NCBI GenBank assembly: GCA_030447805.1 | Contig: JAUJOE010000001.1 | Coordinates: forward strand, 8,262 to 72,261 | Source of the DNA: Nocardioidaceae bacterium | Lineage (GTDB): Bacteria > Actinomycetota > Actinomycetes > Propionibacteriales > Nocardioidaceae | Reading direction: 5' to 3' | Length of the DNA: 64,000 nucleotides | Shown here: positions 1-12,144 of the stretch, piece by piece | How the letters are laid out: every line of letters begins with the position of its first letter | How positions within the stretch are numbered: the stretch's first letter is position 1 | Program-made: the position numbers and the translations under genes | Notes under the pieces: generated by a model | What the model saw: only the letters and a program-made list of their open reading frames with translations | What the model was told of the DNA's origin: nothing | The model's database searches: none

Positions 1-499
1 TACCCGATGCGCACGCAGACACCGGTGTGTGCACTCCCGCCTTCGCGCCGACCGTCAGCCCGACGTGAGCGGCGGGGCTGTTCGGCATGAGCATGGGTAC
101 GGCGAGTGGCGAGACCCGGCGGGGACCCTTCTCGAGCAGGTTGTCGTAGTTCGACAACAGTGTGGTGACGCCGCCGATGCCGGAGGCGATGGCGACACCG
201 ACCCGCTCAGCGTCGGGAGCCTCCTCGGCGAGCCCAGAGTCGCCCCACGCCTCCAACGCAGCGACCAGCGCGAACTGCGCCGACCGGTCGAGCCGCCGCG
301 CCTTCACGCGCTCGATCACCTCGGTCGGCTCGACGGCGACCCGGCCGGCGATCCGGGCCGGCAGGTCATCAGCCCAGTCCTCGGTGAGCCGTCGTACGCC
401 GGAGATGCCCGCCAGCAGAGCGGCCCACGTCGAAGGGACGTCACCGCCCACGGGAGACGTCGCACCGAGTCCGGTGACGACGACACGCTTGAGAATCAT
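1..499 (-). CDS. fabF: 3-oxoacyl-ACP synthase II (KAS II), N-terminal ~166 codons; gene continues beyond window start
   Basis: Own minus-strand translation from ATG at 499: MILKRVVVTGLGATSPVGGDV...GVHTPVSACASG (active-site Cys motif). Lies directly downstream of acpP as in actinobacterial fab operons. Not in the ORF track because no stop lies inside the window. Confidence 0.85.
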   Translation of the reverse strand, partial: MILKRVVVTGLGATSPVGGDVPSTWAALLAGISGVRRLTEDWADDLPARIAGRVAVEPTEVIERVKARRLDRSAQFALVAALEAWGDSGLAEEAPDAERVGVAIASGIGGVTTLLSNYDNLLEKGPRRVSPLAVPMLMPNSPAAHVGLTVGAKAGVHTPVSACASG

Positions 500-613
500 G
501 GAAAGTTCACCTCAGGTTGCATAGGAAGTGCCGGGCTGTGGTGGTGGAGTCCCGGTCCAGGCAGCCGGTCAAGGCTGGCGGTCAAGGAGGCCAGCAGGTG
601 GAGGGCCGGCTGG

Positions 614-862
614 TCAGGCGGCTGACGCGTTCTCGATGAAGGCGACGGCGTCGCCGACCGTCTTGAGGTTCTTCACCTCGTCGTCGGGGATCTTCACGCC
701 GAACTGCTCCTCGGCGGCAACCACGACCTCCACCATCGACAGCGAGTCGACGTCGAGGTCGTCGGTGAACGACTTGTCGAGCTGTACGTCGTCGGCGGGG
801 ATGCCCGCGACCTCGTTGACGATGTCGGCGAGTCCGGACCGGATTTCTTCGGTGCTGGCCAT
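614..862 (-). CDS. acpP: acyl carrier protein
   Basis: 82-aa ORF with the phosphopantetheine attachment motif LDVDSLSMVE. Sits between fabH and KAS II. Confidence 0.95.
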   Translation of the reverse strand: MASTEEIRSGLADIVNEVAGIPADDVQLDKSFTDDLDVDSLSMVEVVVAAEEQFGVKIPDDEVKNLKTVGDAVAFIENASAA

Positions 863-998
863 GTCGGTGGCTCCTCTTGTTGTGCTAGTCGGCTAATTGG
901 CTACGGCGTGCTCATCGGCGGCTAAGGCGCGGATGCTCGCAGCGGGCGCTGCGAAAACCATGACCAGGCGAAAGCCTGGCGGGCAGGGGCGGTGAGGG

Positions 999-2003
999 TC
1001 ACGGCAGCGTGACCACCTGGGCGGCGTACGCGAGCCCGGCGCCAAACGCGATGAACAGCGCCGTCTGCCCGCTCTTCGCCTCGCCGGACTCCAGCAGCGC
1101 GGTGGCTGCGAGCGGGACGGAGGCAGCGGAGGTGTTGCCTTGGTAGGCGATGTCGCGGGCAATCACCACCCGCTCGGGCAGCTTCAGGGCCCGGGCCATC
1201 GCGTCGGTGATGCGCATGTTGGCCTGGTGGGGGACGAAAACGTCGAGATCGTCGACAGTCAGGCCGGCGCGGTCGAGGGCTTCCTGGGCAACCTTCGCCA
1301 TCTCGAACGACGCCCAGCGGAAGACGGGGTTGCCTTCCATCTGCAGGTGCGGCATCACCGCCCGTTCCAGCGCGAGTACGTCGATCCAGGACTGCTTCTG
1401 CCGGATGAAGTCGAACTTCTCACCGTCGGCCCCCCACACGACCGGGCCGATTCCTTCGACGTCGGACGGACCGATGACCGCCGCGCCCGCGCCGTCAGCG
1501 AAGATGAAGGCGGTGCCGCGGTCGGTGGGGTCGGTGATGTCGGAGAGTCGTTCGACGCCGATCACCAGCACGTACTTGGCGGTGCCGGAGCGCACCATGT
1601 CGGCGCCCATCGTGACGCCGTAACAGAAGCCGGCGCAGGCTGCGGAGATGTCGAACGCGGCGGCGGGAGTTGAGCCCAGCTCGGCGGAGATGAGGGGGGC
1701 GATGGCAGGCGTCTGCCACAGGTGGGAGACCGTGGCCACCAGGACGCAGTCGATCTGCGCAGGGTGGATGTCGGCCCGCTCGAGCGCCGTACGGGAAGCC
1801 GCCACGCTCATCATCTGCACTGTCTCGTGCGGCTCGGAGAACCTGCGCTCGATGATGCCCGACCGGGTCCGGATCCACTCGTCGGTTGAGTCGATGTGCT
1901 TGCAGATGTCGGCGTTGGTGACGACTCGGCTCGGTCGGTAGCTGCCGAGCCCCAGGATGGCGGCGTGCTGCGCGCCGGTGGCGGTCGCGATCTTTCCGGT
2001 CAT
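999..2003 (-). CDS. fabH: 3-oxoacyl-ACP synthase III
   Basis: ORF 999..2153 trimmed to ATG at 2003 (MTGKIATATGAQHAAILGLGSYRP). KAS III motifs present: SAACAGFCYG, PHQAN, GNTSAAS. The start lies 1 nt after the fabD stop. Confidence 0.9.
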   Translation of the reverse strand: MTGKIATATGAQHAAILGLGSYRPSRVVTNADICKHIDSTDEWIRTRSGIIERRFSEPHETVQMMSVAASRTALERADIHPAQIDCVLVATVSHLWQTPAIAPLISAELGSTPAAAFDISAACAGFCYGVTMGADMVRSGTAKYVLVIGVERLSDITDPTDRGTAFIFADGAGAAVIGPSDVEGIGPVVWGADGEKFDFIRQKQSWIDVLALERAVMPHLQMEGNPVFRWASFEMAKVAQEALDRAGLTVDDLDVFVPHQANMRITDAMARALKLPERVVIARDIAYQGNTSAASVPLAATALLESGEAKSGQTALFIAFGAGLAYAAQVVTLP

Positions 2004-2004
2004 G

Positions 2005-3186
2005 TCATTCGCCTTCCGGGTGCAGGCGCACCAGTGGTTGGCCGGGGGAGACAAGGTCGCGGTCTTCGACGATCCACTCCACGATGGTGCCGCCATGCGG
2101 GGCGAGCACGGCCGTCGTACCCCGCAGGTTCGCGACCTCGCCCACCGCGACACCGGCGGCCAGTTGGGCGCCTTGGGGGAGTTCGGCCGTCTGCCGGAAC
2201 GTGCCCTTCGCCGGGGACACGAGCATGCGCCAGGTCGGGGAGGAGTCCATCGGCGTGGTCTCGCCGTGCTTGTCGGCGAAGGCCCGTGCGTCGTCGAGCT
2301 GGTCGGGGGTCTTCAGCGCGAAGGTGTCGACACCCTTGAGCTGTCGCTTGGCGATGCTGGTCAAGGTGCCGGCTGGGGGCATCTCCAAGATGCCGGTGAC
2401 GTCGAGGTCGCGCATCGTCTGTAGGCAGAGGTCCCAGCGCACGGGGCTGCTCACCTGGCTGACCATGCGGGCAAGCACGTCCCGGCCGCTGTGGACGACC
2501 TGCCCGTCCCGGTTGGAGATCAGCCGGGTGCGGGGATCGTGCGTGGAGATGGCCCGAGCCAGCCGGGCGAGTACGTCGACCGCTGGCCGCATGTGCGACG
2601 TGTGGAACGCGCCGGCCACGCTGAGGGGCATCAGCCGCGCCTTGGCCGGCGGCTCGTCGGCCAGCGCCTGCAGCTGGTCAAGGGTGCCGGCCGCCACGAG
2701 CTGGCCCGCACCGTTGTCGTTGGCGGGGGTGAGGCCGTGCCGCTCGAGCGCGTCGAGCACCTCGGTCCGCTCGCCGCCGAGCACCGCGGTCATCCCGGTA
2801 GGTGTGGCCGCCGACGCCGCTGCCATCGCCCGGCCGCGCTCGCGGACGAAGACCATGGCCTGCTCGGCGGTGATGACGCCGGCGCCGGTGGCTGCGGCGA
2901 TCTCGCCGACGCTGTGCCCGGCGACAGCACCGATCCGCCGGAACGCGTCGGCGGGGTGGGGAAACAGCGACAGGGCCGCCACCAGGCTCGAGGCGACCAG
3001 CAGCGGTTGTGCGATCGCGGTGTCACGGATGGTGTCGGCGTCGGCCTCGGTGCCGTAGTGGGCGAGGTCGATGCCGCTCACCGCCGACAGCCAGTTCAGC
3101 CGGTCGGCGAAGTGCGGATCCTCCAGCCACGACGTGAGGAACCCGGGGGTCTGGGCTCCTTGGCCGGGTGCGACGATGACGAGCAT
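2005..3186 (-). CDS. fabD: malonyl-CoA:ACP transacylase with extra ~80-aa C-terminal biotinyl/lipoyl-like domain
   Basis: ORF 2005..3801 trimmed to ATG at 3186 (MLVIVAPGQGAQTPG...GHSVGE active-site Ser). The Arg-rich upstream part of the ORF is judged non-coding. 393 aa versus roughly 300-320 for FabD proteins I recall. Confidence 0.85.
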   Translation of the reverse strand: MLVIVAPGQGAQTPGFLTSWLEDPHFADRLNWLSAVSGIDLAHYGTEADADTIRDTAIAQPLLVASSLVAALSLFPHPADAFRRIGAVAGHSVGEIAAATGAGVITAEQAMVFVRERGRAMAAASAATPTGMTAVLGGERTEVLDALERHGLTPANDNGAGQLVAAGTLDQLQALADEPPAKARLMPLSVAGAFHTSHMRPAVDVLARLARAISTHDPRTRLISNRDGQVVHSGRDVLARMVSQVSSPVRWDLCLQTMRDLDVTGILEMPPAGTLTSIAKRQLKGVDTFALKTPDQLDDARAFADKHGETTPMDSSPTWRMLVSPAKGTFRQTAELPQGAQLAAGVAVGEVANLRGTTAVLAPHGGTIVEWIVEDRDLVSPGQPLVRLHPEGE

Positions 3187-3287
3187 CCCGCCATCATGCC
3201 GTCGAAGCGGGCGGCTTCGCGGGTAGTGCGGACACGAAATCTCTGGACGTGTCCTTGGAGGTTTCCTACAACCGGGTAGGGGTTCCC

Positions 3288-4439
3288 TTACAGCGGCAGT
3301 AACCGGCCGAGGGTGAGTGCGAGGCGCAACGTGTACGCGTCGCGCGCGTCGCTCGGCGACAGGCCGGTCACGTCGGCGATCCGGCGCAGCCGGTACCGCA
3401 CCGTGTTCGGATGGACGAACAGGCGGCGGCCAGTGGCCTCGATCGAGCCGCTGGTGTCGAGGTACGCCGTCAGCGTCTCGAGCAGCCCGGAGCCGGCCTC
3501 GACAAGGGGTTGGTGCACGGAGGTGACCAGTTGTCGCCGCGCGTGGCCGTCGCCGGCCAGCGCGCGCTCGGGCAGCAGGTCGTCGCTCGACACCGGACGC
3601 GGTGCCTCCGGCCACGCCACCGCGGCTCGCAGCCCCGCGATCGCCGCCCGCGCCGACCGGTTGGCGGCCAGCAGGTCGTCGACGACCGGCCCGGTCACGA
3701 TGGCGCCGTCGCCGAAGTGGTCGGCGATGCGGCTCCCCGCCTTGTCGGGGTCGTCCACACCGCCCAGCACGACGACGAGACGCTCTCCTTGGACCGCGCA
3801 CAGCGCGTCGAGGTGGCCGGCCCGGGCGGTCCGCTTTATCGCGTCCACCGCCGCGGCGGAGTCACCGGCAGGGGTGTGCCCGAGCACCACGCACACTCCG
3901 CTGGTCGACGCCCACCCCAGCGCGGTGGCACGCGAGCGTACGGCGTCGTCGGCCTCCCCGCGCAGTACCGAGTCCACGATGAGCGCCTCGAGTCGGGCGT
4001 CCCACGCTCCGCGCTGCTCAGCCGCCCGGGCGTAGACCTCCGCCGCGGCGAACGCGATCTCGCGGGAGTACAACATCACCGACTCGCGGACCGTCGCGAC
4101 GTCGTTGGCGCTGACCACTTCAGGGACGTGCTCCTCCACGACCCCGATCGTCGTACGGACCATCTCCACCGTCTGCTGCAGGCTCACGACTCCGGTGAGC
4201 TCGCGGGGCGCCGTACCGAAGACGTCTGCGGTGACGGTGCCGTTCGACTGGGGGTTCTTGAACCAGTCGACGAAGGAGGAGATGCCGGCGCCGGCGATGA
4301 GGCCGATCCACGACCGGTGCTCTGCACTCAGCGCCCGGAACCAGGGCAGGTCGTCGTGCATGCGGGCGATCGCAGCCTGGGTCAAGGTCCCGACTGCGCT
4401 CTCGAGGCGCCGGGTCGGCTCGGCCGCGCCACGGGTCAT
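3288..4439 (-). CDS. PucR-type HTH transcriptional regulator (FasR/MabR-like position upstream of fabD)
   Basis: ORF trimmed to ATG at 4439 (MTRGAAEPTRRLESAVG). C-terminal PucR HTH (LFVHPNTVRYRLRRIADVTG). Sits immediately upstream of and co-directional with fabD, like S. coelicolor FasR and M. tuberculosis MabR (from memory). Confidence 0.8.
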   Translation of the reverse strand: MTRGAAEPTRRLESAVGTLTQAAIARMHDDLPWFRALSAEHRSWIGLIAGAGISSFVDWFKNPQSNGTVTADVFGTAPRELTGVVSLQQTVEMVRTTIGVVEEHVPEVVSANDVATVRESVMLYSREIAFAAAEVYARAAEQRGAWDARLEALIVDSVLRGEADDAVRSRATALGWASTSGVCVVLGHTPAGDSAAAVDAIKRTARAGHLDALCAVQGERLVVVLGGVDDPDKAGSRIADHFGDGAIVTGPVVDDLLAANRSARAAIAGLRAAVAWPEAPRPVSSDDLLPERALAGDGHARRQLVTSVHQPLVEAGSGLLETLTAYLDTSGSIEATGRRLFVHPNTVRYRLRRIADVTGLSPSDARDAYTLRLALTLGRLLPL

Positions 4440-4536
4440 GCTGCCGAGCCTACGTGACCGCCCTGCGGCGACTTGTGGCGTCCGAACAACTCGGCCGTAA
4501 TCCCACAGCCCCGCCGGTCGGTCGGTCGGTGCGGGC

Positions 4537-4580
4537 GGGGCTCTCGGGCTTCGCTGCGCTCTTTGACCCCCTTCGAGTCC
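4537..4580 (+). repeat. intergenic hairpin motif, copy 1 (conserved core TTCGCTGCGCTCTTTGA)
   Basis: GGGGCTCTCGGGCTTCGCTGCGCTCTTTGACCCCCTTCGAGTCC is nearly repeated at 41629-41675. It lies in the divergent intergenic region between the regulator and the PHP gene. Confidence 0.6.
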
Positions 4581-4678
4581 CCACCCACCCCTCCCTTCCT
4601 CCCTCCCTCGCACGCTGCACACCCGCGCGCGGTCCGCCGGTCGAGCTTGGCGAGACTGGGCTGCGGCAGGATGGGCGC

Positions 4679-5710
4679 GTGGACGGGATCGAGGCGCTGT
4701 CGGAGATCGCCTACTGGAAGGAACGCGGACGCGAACAGACGCGGCGCGTCGAGGCGTACCGCAAAGCAGCCTGGGCGCTGGCGGAGCTGCCCGAAGGCGA
4801 GGTCGAACGCCGCATTGCCGACCAGACGCTGACCGACATCCCGAACGTCGGACCGTCGACCTCAGCTGTGGTGATGGAGGCAGCGACCGGGGTCGTCCCG
4901 AAGAAGCTCGCCGAGTTGCGCAAGCAGGGCCAGCAACCGCTCGCCGAGGGTGGTGAGGAGCTACGTGCCGTGATCAGGGGCGACCTGCACGCACACTCCA
5001 ACTGGTCCGACGGCGGATCACCGATCGAGGAGATGGTCAAGGCAGCACGCGGTATCGGTCACGAGTACCAGGCGCTGACCGACCACTCGCCGCGGCTCAC
5101 GGTCGCCAACGGCCTGAGTCCCGAGCGGCTCGCCCAACAGCTCGAGGTGGTCGCCGACATCAACCAGCAGGTCGCCGCCGAGGGCGACGAATTCAGGCTG
5201 CTTCCTGGCATCGAGGTCGACATCCTCGAGGACGGCAAGCTCGACCAGTCCCGCACCATGCTGCAGCAGCTCGACGTGGTGGTGGCCAGTGTGCATTCGA
5301 AGCTGCGGGCGGACTCCGAGACCATGACCGAGCGGATGGTCGGCGGCATCTCCAACCGGTTCACCAACGTCCTCGGCCACTGCACCGGTCGCCTCGTCGA
5401 AGGCAGCCGGGGGCAGCGGCCGGAGTCGCAGTTCGACGCCGAGGTCGTGTTTGCCGCGTGTGCCCAGTTCGACGTGGCGGTCGAGATCAACTCCCGGCCC
5501 GAGCGACGTGACCCGCCGTCCCGGCTGATCCAGCTGGCGCTGGAGGCGGGGTGCCTGTTCTCGATCGACACCGACGCGCACGCGCCGGGCCAGCTGGCTT
5601 TTCAGGACTACGGGTGCGCTCGGGCCGTCGCGAACGGCGTACCAGCTGAGCGGATCGTCAACACCTGGCCGCTCGATCGCCTCCTCGAGTGGACCCACGG
5701 CAACCGCTGA
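4679..5710 (+). CDS. PHP-domain (PolX-like C-terminal) metal-dependent phosphoesterase with N-terminal HhH-like region
   Basis: ORF 4454..5710. Motifs: GDLHAHSNWSDG, ALTDHSPRL, SVHSKL, DTDAHAP. Start set at in-frame GTG 4679 (VDGIEALSEIAYW); the start is uncertain. Confidence 0.7.
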   Translation: MDGIEALSEIAYWKERGREQTRRVEAYRKAAWALAELPEGEVERRIADQTLTDIPNVGPSTSAVVMEAATGVVPKKLAELRKQGQQPLAEGGEELRAVIRGDLHAHSNWSDGGSPIEEMVKAARGIGHEYQALTDHSPRLTVANGLSPERLAQQLEVVADINQQVAAEGDEFRLLPGIEVDILEDGKLDQSRTMLQQLDVVVASVHSKLRADSETMTERMVGGISNRFTNVLGHCTGRLVEGSRGQRPESQFDAEVVFAACAQFDVAVEINSRPERRDPPSRLIQLALEAGCLFSIDTDAHAPGQLAFQDYGCARAVANGVPAERIVNTWPLDRLLEWTHGNR

Positions 5711-5820
5711 ACCCCACCCTCAGCCCGAGACGCCAGCAATGGCTCGGATCTGCCAGCGTGTCGGCCCCGCATTGACGTCTCAGTACGGCGGTCGGCCGGG
5801 GTCGATGGCACAGTGGCCGG

Positions 5821-6429
5821 GTGGCGATCGAAGCGGTGGTGTTCGACCTCGGGGGAGTGCTGGAGATCGTGGACGACGCGGTGTGGCCGCTCGCCTGGAC
5901 TCATCGCTGGGCGGGTGAGCTGGGCATGACCGTAGAGGAGTGGACCGATCGGATGGCGGCTTACGACCTCGCCGGAGCGGTCAGCGAGGCGGTGACCCGG
6001 TCGGCGTACAAGGCCGGGCTCGGGCTGTCCGACGCTGAGGTAGCGGTCATGTTCGACGACCTATGGGACCGGTACTGCGGCCGCCTCGACACCGAGCTGA
6101 TGGCGTACGTCGAGGGGCTCGCGCCGTCGTACCGGCTGGCGATCCTGAGCAACTCCAGCGACGGAGCGCGGCGCGAGGAGGAGAAGCGGTTCGGGTTGTC
6201 CCGCCTCTTCGACCCGATCATCTACTCGCACGAGGTCGGCCTCGCCAAGCCTGATCCGCGCATCTACGACCTGACGACTCAACGTCTCGGGACAGCTCCG
6301 GACAAGGTGGCCTACCTCGACGACGTACCCGAGAACGTCGATGCCGCGCGTGCCGGCGGCTGGCATGCGGTGCTGCACGAGGACACACCCACTTCCATCG
6401 CCGCGCTGGAGGCGCTGCTTCACCGCTGA
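5821..6429 (+). CDS. HAD-superfamily hydrolase
   Basis: 202 aa. Motif I VVFDLGGVL, then AILSNSS, then YLDDVPENVDAA. Confidence 0.8.
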   Translation: MAIEAVVFDLGGVLEIVDDAVWPLAWTHRWAGELGMTVEEWTDRMAAYDLAGAVSEAVTRSAYKAGLGLSDAEVAVMFDDLWDRYCGRLDTELMAYVEGLAPSYRLAILSNSSDGARREEEKRFGLSRLFDPIIYSHEVGLAKPDPRIYDLTTQRLGTAPDKVAYLDDVPENVDAARAGGWHAVLHEDTPTSIAALEALLHR

Positions 6430-6464
6430 TCGCTGCCTTCCAGCGACCGCCTCGTTTTGATCCG

Positions 6465-6526
6465 CGTCGAGATGCGCGAGAATGCTGCTGAAGCGAGGCG
6501 GAAAGCGCATTCTGACGCATCTCGAG
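6465..6526 (+). repeat. 62-nt direct repeat, left copy, with inverted-repeat ends TCGAGATGCG...CGCATCTCGA
   Basis: CGTCGAGATGCGCG...GCATTCTGACGCATCTCGAG. Same length and conserved ends as 7724-7785. Confidence 0.7.
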
Positions 6527-6730
6527 CCGAGCAAGGTGGCCGTGTTGCATCGACACACCGGGCCCACTAGCCCGCCTCAGCCGTATCGCCTAAGCCACCA
6601 CCAGGCGCGACCACAGTCCATCGATCGCGGCGACGGTCGCGTTCCATGCCTCGCCGGTAGCCCGACTGGAGTCGGGCGACGAGCCGACGTTCGTGCTCCA
6701 TCATGTCAAGGCTGTCTGCCCGTACCACCG

Positions 6731-7596
6731 TCAGACCGGCGTCCTCGAAAAGCTCCTCCCGCTCGTTGTCAGACCGGTGCTGGCCCCTCCACGGTGCTGC
6801 GCACCGTCGAACTCAGTTACCAGACCCGCCTCTTCGTCAAGAAGGTCAGCGATGCCGAGCAGCCGTCCGTCGAGGTCGAAGATCGGCACGTTGACGGTCG
6901 GTTTCGGCAGTCCGGCGACGGTGACATAGAAGACACGCAGCCGGCTCTCCCACGGGCTGCGGGAAGCCGCGTCCGCGAACTCCACGGCCTGCCGAATGAA
7001 GGCAATCCGTCGAGCCCCGGGACGAGTCAGCAGGTAGTCACTCAACGCCGCACAATCGATCCACGGGCTGTGTGCGCACGCGTCGATGAAGGCGACCGCC
7101 TCCGACAGGTCACGGGCGTGGCGCACGCCATCGAAGACGGCGCGATGCGGGACCGTCACGCGCATGGTGACAACGACAGTCCGGGTGCCCGAGCAATCCG
7201 GCACTGGCAGCGTCGTCGTCCGCACCTCTGCAGGACCTAGTTGGTCACGGAGGTAGACCGCATCTCGACGCGTGCCCCGACCGGCGGGCCCGCCAAGACA
7301 GATCGGCACGGGCAGTTCGCGCATGGCCCGGGGTCCCGCCCGTCGAGTGTCGTCACACCTGCCAAGTAGGCGGCCGCCCACCCCGTGAACGCGCCTTGCT
7401 CCGGTACGAGCCGGATCGCCTCGACGATGCGCTGCAGCGGACTGCGTGCGCCGTCCGTCATCCCGGAGTTGGCCGGCACATAGCAGCCATACGACGTCTG
7501 CGCGCGGGTTACGCCGCGCTGCTCGAGCTCGGCGATCGGCAGCGGAAGGCAGGCGAGCCGCGCTTCCCGTCTGATCCGGGCGCGGTCGAGGGCCAT
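6731..7596 (-). pseudogene. DUF559/Vsr-fold-like conserved actinobacterial hypothetical protein, frameshifted
   Basis: N-terminal part lies in ORF 7237..7596. C-terminal part lies in the frame of ORF 6731..7669 (SPWESRLRVFYVTVAGLPKPTVNVPIFDLDGRLLGIADLLDEEAGLVTEFDGAQHR). The tail after EFDGAQHR looks out of frame again. Confidence 0.55.
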
Positions 7597-7723
7597 GGCC
7601 AGAGCCTGCCCCGATGTGCCGCAACCGCGTGGGCGTTATCCACAGGCGGCGAGACCAACCGGCACTCAAAGGTGCCGGAGCGGACTCTGCTCTGCAGGTA
7701 GCTCCCCTAGGGCGTCGGCTGAA

Positions 7724-7785
7724 CGTCGAGATGCGCGCGGGTGCTGTTTTCGGCGTACGTCGACCGCATTCTCACGCATCTCGAG
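7724..7785 (+). repeat. 62-nt direct repeat, right copy
   Basis: CGTCGAGATGCGCG...GCATTCTCACGCATCTCGAG. The first 14 and last about 20 nt match 6465-6526; the centre has diverged. Confidence 0.7.
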
Positions 7786-7811
7786 GGCCGGGGTTTCCGG
7801 CCGACTGGAGG

Positions 7812-10573
<2,762 letters not shown>

Positions 10574-10771
10574 GGGTGTCCTCTTCGGGCGTCGACAGGC
10601 AGGGCTTGCGGTGGGGTGGTGCGCGGTGGCGCTGACGTGCCCCGCCGTTCAGCCTAGTAATGGTCCCCACTTTTCCGAAGGGGCTTGCACAGCGGGCCGG
10701 TTCACGGTGGACTACCCTCCGTCGAAAGGGCGCAGGCGCGGGCCGTGCGCACGGCAGGCAAGGAGGCAGGC

Positions 10772-11206
10772 GTGAGCGCGACCGCTGGTGGCGCGGAGCA
10801 CGGACCGGCGAGTCGGTTCGGCTTTCAGCCCGGCATGGTGGTTCAGGAGTTGGGCTGGGATGACGACGTCGACGACGACCTGCGAGCCGACATCGAGGCA
10901 GCGCTGGGCACCCCGCTTGTTGACGACCAGTACGGCGACGTGGTCGACGCCGTACTGCTGTGGTGGCGCGAGGACGACGGTGACCTCGTCGACGGGCTCG
11001 TCCGACTCGCTGACCGACCTCGCCGACGGCGGCATGATCTGGCTGCTCACCCCAAAGTCGGCCGCGACAACTATGTCGACGCGAGCGACATCTCTGAGGC
11101 CGCCCCGACAGCCGGGCTGTCGACAACCACCAGCATCGCGGCCGGGCCGGAGTGGTCAGCCACCAAGCTGGTCGCCCCCAAGGCCGCGCGCTCGGGCAAG
11201 CGCTGA
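10772..11206 (+). CDS. DUF3052 domain protein (Rv2239c-like)
   Basis: Start GTG 10772 after AAGGAGG. Motifs: MVVQELGWDDDVDDDL, VVDAVLLWWREDDGDLVD, SDISEAAPTAGL. It contains a locally out-of-frame stretch (see findings). Confidence 0.8.
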   Translation: MSATAGGAEHGPASRFGFQPGMVVQELGWDDDVDDDLRADIEAALGTPLVDDQYGDVVDAVLLWWREDDGDLVDGLVRLADRPRRRRHDLAAHPKVGRDNYVDASDISEAAPTAGLSTTTSIAAGPEWSATKLVAPKAARSGKR

Positions 11207-11276
11207 TCCGCCGCGCGCGCTGACGACGTACCCTTGCAGCCGGTCTGATCAGAGACAGGCGGTAAGGGAGACAAGC

Positions 11277-11738
11277 ATGGCGTTGGAGGTCGGCCAACCG
11301 GCCCCTGGCTTCACCTTGAAGAACCAGCACGCCGAGGCCGTCTCGCTCGCCGACTTCGCGGGCAAGCAGCATGTCGCACTGGTGTTCTACCCGTTCGCCT
11401 TCAGTGGGGTCTGCACGGGGGAGTTGTGCGAGCTGCGTGACTCGATCACGGACTTCACCGACGAGGGCGCCACGATCCTGGCGGTGTCGTGCGACCCGAT
11501 GTACGCGCTGCGCGTGTTCGCTGACCGCGAGGGGATCGGGTTTGCGCTGCTCAGCGACTTCTGGCCGCACGGCGAGGTGTCGACGGCGTACGGCGTCTTC
11601 AACGAGACGCGCGGCTGCTCCGGACGGGCGACGTTCATCATCGACCGCGAGGGCATCCTGCGCTGGTACGTCGAGAACGAGCTGCCGCAGGCGCGCAACA
11701 TCGACGACTACCGCAAGGTGCTCGCCTCCCTCGACTGA
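11277..11738 (+). CDS. ahpE: AhpE-type 1-Cys peroxiredoxin
   Basis: [18 protein letters not shown]...[19 protein letters not shown]. Follows DUF3052 as in M. tuberculosis (from memory). Confidence 0.9.
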   Translation: MALEVGQPAPGFTLKNQHAEAVSLADFAGKQHVALVFYPFAFSGVCTGELCELRDSITDFTDEGATILAVSCDPMYALRVFADREGIGFALLSDFWPHGEVSTAYGVFNETRGCSGRATFIIDREGILRWYVENELPQARNIDDYRKVLASLD

Positions 11739-11794
11739 CGCTGCCTCGCGTTAGTTGCTTGCGTCTCAAGCGCACTAGGCTGGCGCGGTCTCGA

Positions 11795-11866
11795 GGGCGT
11801 ATAGCTCAGCGGTAGAGCACCTCCCTTACAAGGAGGTGGTCGCAGGTTCGATTCCTGCTGCGCCCA
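11795..11866 (+). tRNA. tRNA-Val (anticodon TAC)
   Basis: Hand-folded cloverleaf: acceptor GGGCGTA/TGCGCCC, D arm GCTC/GAGC, anticodon arm CCTCC-CTTACAA-GGAGG, T arm GCAGG-TTCGATT-CCTGC, discriminator A. 72 nt; no encoded CCA. Confidence 0.9.
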
Positions 11867-12144
11867 CCGACAGAAAAGGCCCTCTGACCTGCGCGTTCAC
11901 CATCTGAGCCAACCACCACTCAGAGCCAAGCAAAAGTCTTTTCCAACACACTTCCAACACATGACAGCATGAGTTCGACCTCAATTCGTGATTTTGTCTG
12001 ACAGAAACACAGTGTGAATGGGGAGACACTGTAGTGATGTGCAGCGACCGCATCGCGGCATGTGCGGATGGCCGTGCGGAACCGTGCGGGCAAGTGGCAC
12101 GTCATAGTGAGACAGACCCGCGCATAGGTACCGGAGGACACGCG

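Noticed and set aside
3187-3801. Arg-rich 200-aa N-terminal extension of the fabD ORF
   Set aside because: It overlaps the regulator gene region and has non-protein-like composition. A canonical FabD N-terminus (MLVIVAPGQGAQ) starts at ATG 3186.
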